A DNA stretch of 64,000 bases, taken from contig CAYWRH010000001.1 in NCBI GenBank assembly GCA_964460435.1, positions 32,543 through 96,542 of the forward strand. The letters are read 5' to 3'. Made by a program: the position numbers and the translations under genes. Under the pieces are notes generated by a model. It saw only the letters and a program-made list of their open reading frames with translations. It had not been told where the DNA came from and made no database searches. Shown here in pieces: positions 17,245 to 26,190 of the stretch (position 1 is its first letter; each line of letters begins with the position of its first letter). The DNA is from an uncultured Desulfatiglans sp. (GTDB taxonomy: Bacteria > Desulfobacterota > DSM-4660 > Desulfatiglandales > HGW-15).

Positions 17245-18251
17245 TTTGTCTGAAAATCATCAGGGAACCGCAATTTTTTTACCTCTCCGGGTGCCCCGAG
17301 ATTATTGATTGTCTTGCCATTAAATGAAAATTCTATTCCACCTGCATTACCCACCGTAACATAAAAACCTTTTTCCGCTGTCCATGAATGTGTTGCCCCA
17401 GGCTGGAAAATATATTCCTTTGGGGGTGTATCATCCGCTATTATTTTAACCCATGTCCTCATGCTCACTGTTGCAGTAAGTGTCTGGCCTTTTGTTTCCT
17501 GAGCAGGAGGGGCATTTTGAGTCAGGGCAGCTGGCTGGGCCGGGAGGTTCTCCATGGGCGCTGACTCATCTGACAGCGGGCCCGCCGCTGGCGCACCATT
17601 CTCAGTTGCTATAGCCTCCTGCCCTATGCCTATAGCAGGCTTAACAGCCGGGGATGCTGTTTCAATGGCTGTTTCTGCCTTAATCACCGGCGCATCTCCT
17701 GTGATCTGATAGGGGCTTTCATCTGCTGGTTTTACAGGGGCCGGCGCAGGCGCCTCAAGGTTTGACTGAGGCAGATACACTGTGTCAGGCTCTGCAACCG
17801 GGGCAGTCTGCACGCCTTCAGGCTGAGGGGCTGTATCCATATCCTCTATCTTCTTTTCATTAAATCTGAAAATGTAGAGCCCTGCTGCAACAATTAATAA
17901 CAGGATTATTACAACAAAATATATGCCCTTTTCCTTCTTTGGTTTATGTGCAAGGGGCCTCACATTTTCATCCCCTCTGGAGGGCACACATTTTTCAAAA
18001 AGTTTTATTGCCCTTCTTGTATCACATCCGACAGCAATGGTGTATGAACGTATAAATCCCTTGATCAAAACCCTTGCAGGCAGTTTGTCCCATTCCTCAT
18101 TTTCAAGGGCAATTATGAGCTGCTCCCTTATTTTAATGGTCTCTGACAGGCTCTTTATGGAGATTCCCCTTCTTTCCCTTTCAGACTTAAGCAACTGGCC
18201 TATGCTGATCTCTTCCCTGCCGGTGTTTTCAAGATTGTTTTCTGTTTTCAT
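17232..18251 (-). CDS. rodZ: RodZ-like cytoskeleton protein (HTH + TM + DUF4115)
   Basis: N-terminal HTH IGQLLKSERERRGISIKSLSETIKI, a single TM helix, a Pro/Ala-rich linker, and a C-terminal DUF4115-like WVKIIADD...VTVGNAGGIEFSFNG. Confidence 0.75.
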   Translation of the reverse strand: MKTENNLENTGREEISIGQLLKSERERRGISIKSLSETIKIREQLIIALENEEWDKLPARVLIKGFIRSYTIAVGCDTRRAIKLFEKCVPSRGDENVRPLAHKPKKEKGIYFVVIILLLIVAAGLYIFRFNEKKIEDMDTAPQPEGVQTAPVAEPDTVYLPQSNLEAPAPAPVKPADESPYQITGDAPVIKAETAIETASPAVKPAIGIGQEAIATENGAPAAGPLSDESAPMENLPAQPAALTQNAPPAQETKGQTLTATVSMRTWVKIIADDTPPKEYIFQPGATHSWTAEKGFYVTVGNAGGIEFSFNGKTINNLGAPGEVKKLRFPDDFQTKWEE

Positions 18252-18305
18252 ACCTGTAAGTTCCGTAAAATTGCTATTGATTATGAAAAAACCCTCTTCA
18301 GTCTA

Positions 18306-19265
18306 TTACAGTATCTTTTTTATGTAATTCTCTTTTTTCAGCTTGTTTATGTACTCTTTATAGCGTTTCTCCATCTCCATATTGTATAGCTTTTCATGTA
18401 TTTCATCTCTTACCTCTTCGAGGGGGGTGTACCCTGTATTAACCTTCTTAATAAGCTTGATGATCTGTACCCTGTTGCCAATATTAACCGGGTTGCTTAC
18501 CTCTCCATCCTTAAGGGTATTGATCACATCGAGAATCTTCTTGTCAACATCGGTTAGGGGAATATTACCCAGGTCTCCGCCATCATTTGCGCCTGGCCCG
18601 TTTGAAAATTCCCTTGCAAGGTCCTCGAACTTCTCTCCCCTTGAGATCCTTTCTCTAATAGCCTCCCCCTTTTTTAAAAGCTCATCAACCCCTTGCCCTG
18701 CATCCTGAGATGCGGGCACAAGAAAAATGCTTGCAATATGCGCTGATCCGGGCCTTTCATAATTCTTTTTGTTTGCCTCATAATAGGCAGCGATCTGCTC
18801 TTCGGATACTATCAGCTTTTCCCTGATTTCCCTCCCGACAAGCTCGCGCCGTTCAAGGTCTTCCTTTATCTTTTCCCTGTATTTTTCAAGGGACAACCCT
18901 TCACGCTTGAGCTGCTCAACCAGCTCCTCCTGGGTAAGCTTGTTTTCCTCCTTTACATACTCCATATATTCGTCTATCTCTTCGGCTGTTGTCTCTATCT
19001 CAAGTTCCTTTATTTTTGCCTTCATTATCCTCTCTTCGATAATGATATCCAGGATCTGTTCCCTGATCTTGAAAAAATCCTGTTCATTTGAGGCCTTCAG
19101 CTCAACAGCTGTCTTGCCGGTCATCTCTTCTATCCTGCTGTTCAATTCGTAAAGGGTTATTACATCGTCATTAACGAATGCCACGGCCCTGTTATCCTCT
19201 GCTGCAGAGAGCCCCTGAGTCAGTAACAATAATGAAAAGAGTGCCGAAAAAATAGTTGTTCTCAT
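18306..19265 (-). CDS. SurA-like periplasmic chaperone / parvulin-type peptidyl-prolyl isomerase
   Basis: Signal peptide, a SurA N-terminal-like region (AFVNDDVITLYELNSRI), and a PpiC domain (FEDLAREFSNGPGANDGGDLG). Confidence 0.8.
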   Translation of the reverse strand: MRTTIFSALFSLLLLTQGLSAAEDNRAVAFVNDDVITLYELNSRIEEMTGKTAVELKASNEQDFFKIREQILDIIIEERIMKAKIKELEIETTAEEIDEYMEYVKEENKLTQEELVEQLKREGLSLEKYREKIKEDLERRELVGREIREKLIVSEEQIAAYYEANKKNYERPGSAHIASIFLVPASQDAGQGVDELLKKGEAIRERISRGEKFEDLAREFSNGPGANDGGDLGNIPLTDVDKKILDVINTLKDGEVSNPVNIGNRVQIIKLIKKVNTGYTPLEEVRDEIHEKLYNMEMEKRYKEYINKLKKENYIKKIL

Positions 19266-19271
19266 TCCCTT

Positions 19272-20222
19272 TTAATCCTCCATTTTCATGTCAGCAAGTA
19301 TCTCCATCTCCTTAATGCTTACAGGAAATTGCATTCTAAGGCCATCAAGCCATTTTGTATACATTAATTCTCTGTTTTCCACTGTAATTTTTGACTCTAT
19401 CTCCTTTATTGATTCAGGAAAGGGCCTTATCCCCTCTTCTCTTACAGAAACGACCTTGAAAACATGAAAACCATAAGGGGATTCAATTATTTTACTTATC
19501 TCTCCCTGCTTCAGTGAAAAGACCGATTTTTCTATGGTCTCTTCCAGCTCCCCTGATGCAAACCACCCCAGGAGACCTCCATTTTTTGAATCAGGGGCTA
19601 TAGAAAATCTTTTTGCCAGTTCAGCCATATCCTCCCCCTTGTTTAGAAGGGCAAGGACATTGTTCATCTCCTCCCTGCTCTTTGTGACAATCTGCCTTAT
19701 CTCAAGCCTGCGTGGCTCTCTGAACTCTTCCAGGTGGCTTTCATAATAGGCCTTTACCTCATCCAGCGTTACCCCCTTAATATCAGCAAGGGCTGTGTCA
19801 GTAATCTTTTTTATAAGCAGTTCATCATGCATATTTTTTTTCCATTCATTGATATCTATATATCTTGTGAGAAGCACCTCATTCAGCAAATCACCGGGGT
19901 AATCATGTCTGACCTCATTGACCGCTGCCTGAAGCTCCTCCTCTGATATTGTTATCCCGTTTCTCCTGCCATATTCAAGGATCAGGTTTTTTTCTACGAT
20001 CCTGTTTAATATAGATTTTATCCCCTCCTTAATCTCCCCAGCGGATAACCCCATATCATACTTGATTCGCTCTATCTCATGCAGAACCTCTCTCTTGCTG
20101 ATGGCCCTCTCGCCAATGGTGATTACCGCCTCTTCATCCTTTGGCCTGACCCCGCAAGAAAATATGAGGAGCAGAGAAGATATGATAAGGATATAATAGA
20201 TTTTCAAATACAGATTAAACAC
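19272..20222 (-). CDS. Parvulin-type peptidyl-prolyl isomerase (PrsA/PpiD-like), probably membrane- or lipid-anchored
   Basis: Hydrophobic N-terminus ending in ..FSCG. PpiC domain: MAELAKRFSIAPDSKNGGLLGWF...SPYGFHVFKV. Confidence 0.75.
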   Translation of the reverse strand: MFNLYLKIYYILIISSLLLIFSCGVRPKDEEAVITIGERAISKREVLHEIERIKYDMGLSAGEIKEGIKSILNRIVEKNLILEYGRRNGITISEEELQAAVNEVRHDYPGDLLNEVLLTRYIDINEWKKNMHDELLIKKITDTALADIKGVTLDEVKAYYESHLEEFREPRRLEIRQIVTKSREEMNNVLALLNKGEDMAELAKRFSIAPDSKNGGLLGWFASGELEETIEKSVFSLKQGEISKIIESPYGFHVFKVVSVREEGIRPFPESIKEIESKITVENRELMYTKWLDGLRMQFPVSIKEMEILADMKMED

Positions 20223-20702
20223 CTTCCCTTCAGGCCTCTTAATTCTACCTAACTGCTTAAAATATCCGCAAATTCCAGAGTTTTATAAACTAACAGTTCA
20301 GGGGAAAAATGCAAGCAATAAATTGCCTTAAGTTCATTTGGCAGGTTGTTAATTTTGCGAATAAAAATAGATAAATAAAATTGCCATTTCATGGTTTTTA
20401 TAATATTGGTATCTGAAATCACACAACTATTTTCAGACCTTAAAAATTTTTAAACAGGGTCTCATCTGTGGCTATATTTACCATTAATAGGCAGTTTTCG
20501 CTAATGTATGCTGGCGGATATCCGGCCATTAATATTTTATCGAATATAACTTGTTGATAATACAGGCTAAATATTCTGATTATTATTGCGGCACAATAAA
20601 TGCTTACTTAACCGGTATTTTAAAATAAATTATTTTTTTGAAACCTTTTACCGGGGTTTCAGGTATAGATATAAATAGACAAGATGATCAGGGAGCTAAT
20701 CA

Positions 20703-21635
20703 ATGGGTGAAAGAGACGGGGATATTTCTATAAGTATCCAAAAGGTCAGACATATTTATAAAGGAGGAAACGCTGCCATCAACGGGATAAGCATGGATAT
20801 CCATACCGGGCTTTTCGGTCTGCTGGGCCCCAACGGTGCAGGAAAAAGCACGCTCATGCGCATTATATGCAGTCTGCTTGTACCCACAGAGGGGCGTGTT
20901 ATTGTGGGGGGATTTGATGTGGTAAAGGAGCGCAGGCATTTAAGGAGGCTTCTGGGGTATCTTCCGCAGGATTTCAATGCATGGCGTCTCCACAGGGTGG
21001 AAGAGGTGCTTGGAACACTCGCTACCCTTTCAGGCCTTGAGAATAACACGGAAAGAAAAGAGAGGGTATTTGAAATCCTTGAACTTGTAGGATTAAAGGA
21101 TGTCTCCCACAGAAAGGTAAAAAGCCTATCCGGCGGTATGGTAAGAAGGCTCGGCGTGGCCCAGTCCCTTATACATAATCCTAAGATACTGATTGTTGAT
21201 GAACCCACAGTCGGGCTTGACCCTGAGGAGCGTATACATTTCAGGCAGCTCATGGCGAAACTCGGCAAAGAGAGGATCATTATCCTTTCCACCCACATTG
21301 TAGGTGACCTTGGGAGCGGGTGTCATGACCTCGCCCTTATTGACCGGGGCAGGCTGGAGTTCAGGGGGAGCCCTGAAAAACTGATAGAAAAGGCAAAGGG
21401 GTTTGTATTTGAGATGCATCTTGAAGGCACAAGGAGTGAAGTCGCTGAACAGTATGAGATCGTATCCCAGGAACAGAGACTGGGGCGAACCATCATCAGG
21501 GCAGTATCCAGGATGGGCGAGATCCCTGATGGCGCAGTCCAGGTTGATAACCCCACACTTGAGGAGGCATATCTCGCCTTTATGGCCTCAAACAGCGTGA
21601 AACAGGCGGTAAAGGGAGGGGAGGCGCAGTCATGA
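20703..21635 (+). CDS. ABC transporter ATP-binding protein (ABC-2 subfamily type)
   Basis: Walker A GPNGAGKST, Q-loop YLPQD, signature LSGGMVRR, Walker B ILIVDEPTVGLD, H-loop STHIV. ATGA overlap with the next gene. Confidence 0.9.
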   Translation: MGERDGDISISIQKVRHIYKGGNAAINGISMDIHTGLFGLLGPNGAGKSTLMRIICSLLVPTEGRVIVGGFDVVKERRHLRRLLGYLPQDFNAWRLHRVEEVLGTLATLSGLENNTERKERVFEILELVGLKDVSHRKVKSLSGGMVRRLGVAQSLIHNPKILIVDEPTVGLDPEERIHFRQLMAKLGKERIIILSTHIVGDLGSGCHDLALIDRGRLEFRGSPEKLIEKAKGFVFEMHLEGTRSEVAEQYEIVSQEQRLGRTIIRAVSRMGEIPDGAVQVDNPTLEEAYLAFMASNSVKQAVKGGEAQS

Positions 21636-24600
21636 TGAACATAAAATCAATTCTGTCCATAGTGCGGGCTGAAACACTTGTAATAAGACGTCTGGCCAGA
21701 TACTGGCTGTTTCTCTCATTTTCATACCTGTTTGTGTTAATTGCATTTATCTATTACTCTGCCCTGCACGGCCTTTATTCATCGCATTCCGCATCAGTGG
21801 GGTTAATAAGCCCCAGGTTTCTTGTGAGTTCAATAGCAGGCGTGTTCTACCTCGCTATCTACTCTATAGGCGTGATCTTTCTTGCATTTGATGTGAGGGC
21901 AAGGGATCTGAGGGAAAGGATGCATGAGGTGCTTGATTCGCGTCCTTACACCAACATGGAGCTTGTTATCGGCAGATTTTTGGGTGTCCTGATACCCGCA
22001 TGGGTGCCCATGCTTCTCCTGATAGTGCTGATACAGCTATTGGGATTTCTGCTAAAGACCAGCGGTGTGCCTATTGGTGAGCCTGCCCAGATGAGATCCC
22101 TCCTTTCATTTGTGTTTCTGATAGGGCTACCCTCTTTCGCATTTATAATCTCGATTGTCTTTCTTGTAACCCTTCTTGTAAGGAACAGGCTGGTTTCCTC
22201 TATCATACTTGTGCTGTTGATAGCTGCAAGCTATGCAGGGATGTATTTTTTACCTAACTACAAGGCGATGGTTTTTGATTTTCTTGGGTTAATGCAGTCA
22301 GGATATCCATCAGACATTACAGCATCATTAATGCCTCTTACGGGCCTCATACACCGCGCAGCAATACTCCTTGCCTCCCTTGGAATGCTTGGCATATGTG
22401 CGGCAGTGCACCCCCGCCTTGATGATGGATCACGCTGGAAAACAGGTTTTACAGGCGCAATAATCGTAGCAGTAGCAGCGGTTATAATAGGTGGCATATT
22501 TGCAGGCAACCTGAATGATATAAAAGAGCAGGAGAGATGGCTTAGGGCACAAATGGAATACCCAAATGGCCCTGCGCCTGATATTACAAAAATCACAGGC
22601 AGGGTGCTAATAACACCAGGAAAGGATCTTAACCTTGAAATAAAGATTACATTCAAGGCCCCTGAAGAGGGTGAGATAAAAAATGCCCTGTTTACCCTTA
22701 ATCCTGGACAGAGGATAGTGGAACTCCTTGACAGTTCTGGTAAACCATTAAGCTATAAGCATGAAGAGGGCATACTTGATATTACCCTGCCCAATGCCCT
22801 GTCGCCGGGTGAGGAGGCTGTAATAGGTCTCAAAACAAAGGGCATACCGAATAAACACTTTGCATATCTTAAAAGCTCTATAAACCCCCTTAAGCTTGAG
22901 AGAAAAAATTCAAATACTATCCTTCTTGGTAATGAAAACTATCTGTTTGACAGTAATTTTGTTGCCCTTATGCCTGCAATCCGGTGGCTGCCAATGTCAG
23001 GTGTGGAGAACAGCATGGAAAAACAGCAGAACAACCGCGTGGATTTTTTCAATGTTGATCTTACTGTTGGCGTGCCAAAGGGGTGGCTTGTCGCAGGGCC
23101 TGGAAGGCGCAACAGGGCAGGTGAGGATAATAGATTTGACCTTTACCGGTTTGCTCCCCCCTCTGTTGTGCCGGAGGTGGCCCTTCTCGCATCTGAGTAT
23201 GAGAGCCGTTCATATGAAACTGAAGGCATACTCATGGAGCTTCTTGTCCACAAAAAACATATGAAAAACCTTGATGTGCTGGCTGACACAAAAGAGAAGA
23301 TCAGGGAATATATTGACACAAGGATAAAGGATGCAAAGGAGGCAGGGCTAACCTACCCCTATGACGGCCTTACCCTTGTGGAGGCGCCGACTGTTTTACG
23401 GACATATGGCGGCGGGTGGCGTCTTGATACGGTTCAGTCAATGCCCGGCATTATGCTCCTAAAGGAGCTCTCTTTGCCCACGGCCAGGTTTGACTCCGCA
23501 TTCAGGAACCCTGACAGCTTTAAAAATAGGGAGGGTGGCATAGTCAAGGCCAAGTGGGACAGGCTTCAAACCTATTTCAAACAGGATTTTTCAGGGGGAA
23601 ATATATTTACAGGCACAGCAAGGAACTTCTTCCTGTTCCAGACATCTGCAGAGGGGCCAGAAGGCATGCCTGTCAATTTTGTAATGGATACCCTGTCATC
23701 TCTTGTGCTGGCAGACACAAAGGGGTATTTTTCAGCCCATATATTTGCAGAGGGGAATTCAGTAAATGAGATCATTCAGAATGTGCTTGTAAGCTATTTC
23801 CAGCTCAGAAACGCAGGGATACAGGACACCATCCTGAACTCTACAATACGCACAAGGACATCTCGCCCTGCAGTGTGGGAAAAGGCGCTTGAGGCATCAC
23901 TAAAGGACACAGACCCCTGGAAAGATCCATCTGATACGGTAGATTACCTTATATTAAAGGGTTATGCAGTTGCAGACTCCATATATAAGACCCTTGGAAG
24001 GGAAAAGACAGCCGCATTTCTTGCATCCGTAAGAAGGAATCATACAGGAGGCCAGTTTACGGTTTCAGACATGAAAAGCGCCTTAAAAGGGCAGGGTTAT
24101 GACATGGATGCATCCCTTGGCGACTGGCTGGGCAGCACAGGGCTTCCGGGTTTTGTTGTGCAGGATGCAAAGGGATACCGTGTAGCAGATGATGAAAACG
24201 GAAGCCCCAGGTATCAGCTCCTTTTTACAGTAAGAAATGATGAGCCTGTTCCGGGGGCCTTTAACTTTGCCTATTATTATACAGCGCAGGATCAGAACCC
24301 TGAGTTGATATCAGGTGAGACTATTAACCTCGCAGGGAGGCATGCTATCCAGTACGGCACAATAGTATCAAGGCTTCCTTCCATGTATTTTCTTGCCCCT
24401 GTGCTCTCCTATAACAGAGGCACCTTTGAATTTAAGATGGAAAATATTAATTCTGACAAGATAGTCGATGCGGAGATTATTGAAGGGGTCAGAGATATCC
24501 CCTGGGCGCTCCCGGCTCCCTCATCAATAGTGGTGGATGACCTGGACGAGGGGTTCACTATTGTTAATGAAAAAGAGGAAGGTAAAGGGCTCAGGGTTAA

Positions 24601-25072
24601 GGCGAAGGGAAAAAGCAGGGACACGAAACTGGATCAGGGCTTGCCCTATACCTCCAGTAATGTATTGCCCGGAGGATTCGGCCTGCCAGCAGAATGGACA
24701 CGCATAAGCAATGGCATGAGCTATGGAAAATATAGGCATACAGCCGCTTTTATCAAGAAGGGCGAGGGGGCAAAAAAGGCTCTTTTCAGCGCTGAGTTGC
24801 CACAGGCAGGCGCATGGGACATGGAGATTTTTATACCCATGAAGAATATCTTTCCTAACAGGAAATGGGGTACATGGCATGGTGTTGTGACAGATAAAAA
24901 TGGAGATAAACATCAGGTTGAGTTTGATTCAAAGGCAGGAGGCGAAGGGTGGAACCTGGCAGGTAAATATGATTTGCCACAGGGTAAATGCACCCTGGAA
25001 CTCTCTGATCTGACCGATGGGGATATGGTGGTGGCAGATGCCATACGATGGACACCTTCTGCCGGAAAATGA
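21632..25072 (+). CDS. Large membrane protein: ABC-2-type permease-like N-terminal TM domain (~300 aa) fused to an ~850-aa extracytoplasmic domain
   Basis: 1146 aa. The N-terminus has six or more hydrophobic helices and an ABC-2-like DVRARDLRERMHEVLDSRPY segment. The remainder is hydrophilic with no HExxH. The extreme C-terminus (...LSDLTDGDMVVADAIRW) is reminiscent of golvesin-type beta-sandwich domains, but this recall is weak. Confidence 0.6.
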   Translation: MMNIKSILSIVRAETLVIRRLARYWLFLSFSYLFVLIAFIYYSALHGLYSSHSASVGLISPRFLVSSIAGVFYLAIYSIGVIFLAFDVRARDLRERMHEVLDSRPYTNMELVIGRFLGVLIPAWVPMLLLIVLIQLLGFLLKTSGVPIGEPAQMRSLLSFVFLIGLPSFAFIISIVFLVTLLVRNRLVSSIILVLLIAASYAGMYFLPNYKAMVFDFLGLMQSGYPSDITASLMPLTGLIHRAAILLASLGMLGICAAVHPRLDDGSRWKTGFTGAIIVAVAAVIIGGIFAGNLNDIKEQERWLRAQMEYPNGPAPDITKITGRVLITPGKDLNLEIKITFKAPEEGEIKNALFTLNPGQRIVELLDSSGKPLSYKHEEGILDITLPNALSPGEEAVIGLKTKGIPNKHFAYLKSSINPLKLERKNSNTILLGNENYLFDSNFVALMPAIRWLPMSGVENSMEKQQNNRVDFFNVDLTVGVPKGWLVAGPGRRNRAGEDNRFDLYRFAPPSVVPEVALLASEYESRSYETEGILMELLVHKKHMKNLDVLADTKEKIREYIDTRIKDAKEAGLTYPYDGLTLVEAPTVLRTYGGGWRLDTVQSMPGIMLLKELSLPTARFDSAFRNPDSFKNREGGIVKAKWDRLQTYFKQDFSGGNIFTGTARNFFLFQTSAEGPEGMPVNFVMDTLSSLVLADTKGYFSAHIFAEGNSVNEIIQNVLVSYFQLRNAGIQDTILNSTIRTRTSRPAVWEKALEASLKDTDPWKDPSDTVDYLILKGYAVADSIYKTLGREKTAAFLASVRRNHTGGQFTVSDMKSALKGQGYDMDASLGDWLGSTGLPGFVVQDAKGYRVADDENGSPRYQLLFTVRNDEPVPGAFNFAYYYTAQDQNPELISGETINLAGRHAIQYGTIVSRLPSMYFLAPVLSYNRGTFEFKMENINSDKIVDAEIIEGVRDIPWALPAPSSIVVDDLDEGFTIVNEKEEGKGLRVKAKGKSRDTKLDQGLPYTSSNVLPGGFGLPAEWTRISNGMSYGKYRHTAAFIKKGEGAKKALFSAELPQAGAWDMEIFIPMKNIFPNRKWGTWHGVVTDKNGDKHQVEFDSKAGGEGWNLAGKYDLPQGKCTLELSDLTDGDMVVADAIRWTPSAGK

Positions 25073-25085
25073 AAAAGGAGCTTAA

Positions 25086-26186
25086 ATGAAAGAGAATTGT
25101 AGATTCAGGATACTGGTAATTGTTTGCATCGCCCTTTCAGGTTTTCTTTCAGGGTGTTCACGTGAGGAGAGCAGTGATGACAAGATAGAATTTCTTGTGC
25201 CTGTAACCGTTACAAAGGTGGGCAAAATGGATGTTGAAGAGAGGATAACAGCCACAGGCACCCTTAGAACCAGCAAGGTTGCAAGGCTTGAGGTGGAGAC
25301 TGGCGGTATCCTTGAATTCCTGACAAACAGGGATGGTAAACGGTATCGCGAAGGAGACAGCGTAAAGGCAGGCGATGTGATTGCCCGTATCACTGGTGAT
25401 GATGTGCGCCTTGCAGCCAGAAAGGATGCAACCCTCCAGAGGTATGAGACAGCAAAGGATGAATATGAATCAACAAAAAAACTCTATGATGACGGGTTTA
25501 AAAGCAAGTCCGAGCTGCTCAAGATGCAGTCAAGCCTGGAGGATGCAAGGGTAGATTATGAAAAGAGCCTGAATTCGGAAAAACGCAGCAAGCTCACCAC
25601 GCCAATAGATGGCATTATCCTGAGGCTTGCAAGGGACAGGGATAACCAGAACCAGCCACTTGCAGTCGGTCAGTATGTGAGCCCGGGCTTTGAGGTGGCC
25701 CGCATTGCCCCCACAGATACCCTTATTGCAGATGTAGACCTTGTTGCCCAGGACGTGGCAAGGGTATCTGAGGGTCTTGCTGCAAGGGTTAAGCATTATG
25801 CATGGAAGGATGAAGAGTTTGAAGGCAAGGTGACAAGGCTTGATCCTGTTATAGACCCTGTCACAAGGGCTCTCAAGGCAGAGGTAGAGGTTATTAATCA
25901 TGAGGGTAAACTCAGGCCAGGCATGTTTGTAGAGGTAACCATTATAAAGGAGCAGAGAAAGAATGTCCCGTGTATCCCCCGTGAGGCTGTAGTTAACAAA
26001 GGGGGAAAGTGGGTAGTATTTGTCTTAAACGGACAGAGGGTTAATAAAAAAGAGGTGGTATTAGGGCTGGGTGATGACAATATTGTGGAAATCCGGTCAG
26101 GGCTCTCAGAGGGGGAAAGGGTTGTCACTAGGGGGCTCGAAACACTTGATGATCAGGTACGCGTCCGCGTGACAGGAACCAATTAA
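25086..26186 (+). CDS. Efflux RND periplasmic adaptor (MFP) lipoprotein
   Basis: Lipobox LSGC. Lipoyl halves (KAGDVIARI / LTTPIDGII), a coiled-coil hairpin, and beta-barrel and membrane-proximal domains typical of the AcrA/HlyD_D23 family. Confidence 0.85.
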   Translation: MKENCRFRILVIVCIALSGFLSGCSREESSDDKIEFLVPVTVTKVGKMDVEERITATGTLRTSKVARLEVETGGILEFLTNRDGKRYREGDSVKAGDVIARITGDDVRLAARKDATLQRYETAKDEYESTKKLYDDGFKSKSELLKMQSSLEDARVDYEKSLNSEKRSKLTTPIDGIILRLARDRDNQNQPLAVGQYVSPGFEVARIAPTDTLIADVDLVAQDVARVSEGLAARVKHYAWKDEEFEGKVTRLDPVIDPVTRALKAEVEVINHEGKLRPGMFVEVTIIKEQRKNVPCIPREAVVNKGGKWVVFVLNGQRVNKKEVVLGLGDDNIVEIRSGLSEGERVVTRGLETLDDQVRVRVTGTN

Positions 26187-26190
26187 TATC

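Noticed and set aside
20330-20365. A sigma54-like TGGCA...TTGC sequence (tttggcaggttgttaattttgcga) upstream of the ABC/RND cluster.
   Set aside because: The GG-to-GC spacing is about 17 nt, not the 10-nt spacing required between the -24 GG and the -12 GC elements.
21632-25072. The idea that the 1146-aa protein is an ABC-2 permease fused to an M1 aminopeptidase.
   Set aside because: I could not find an HExxH...E zinc motif or a GxMEN motif anywhere in the translation.
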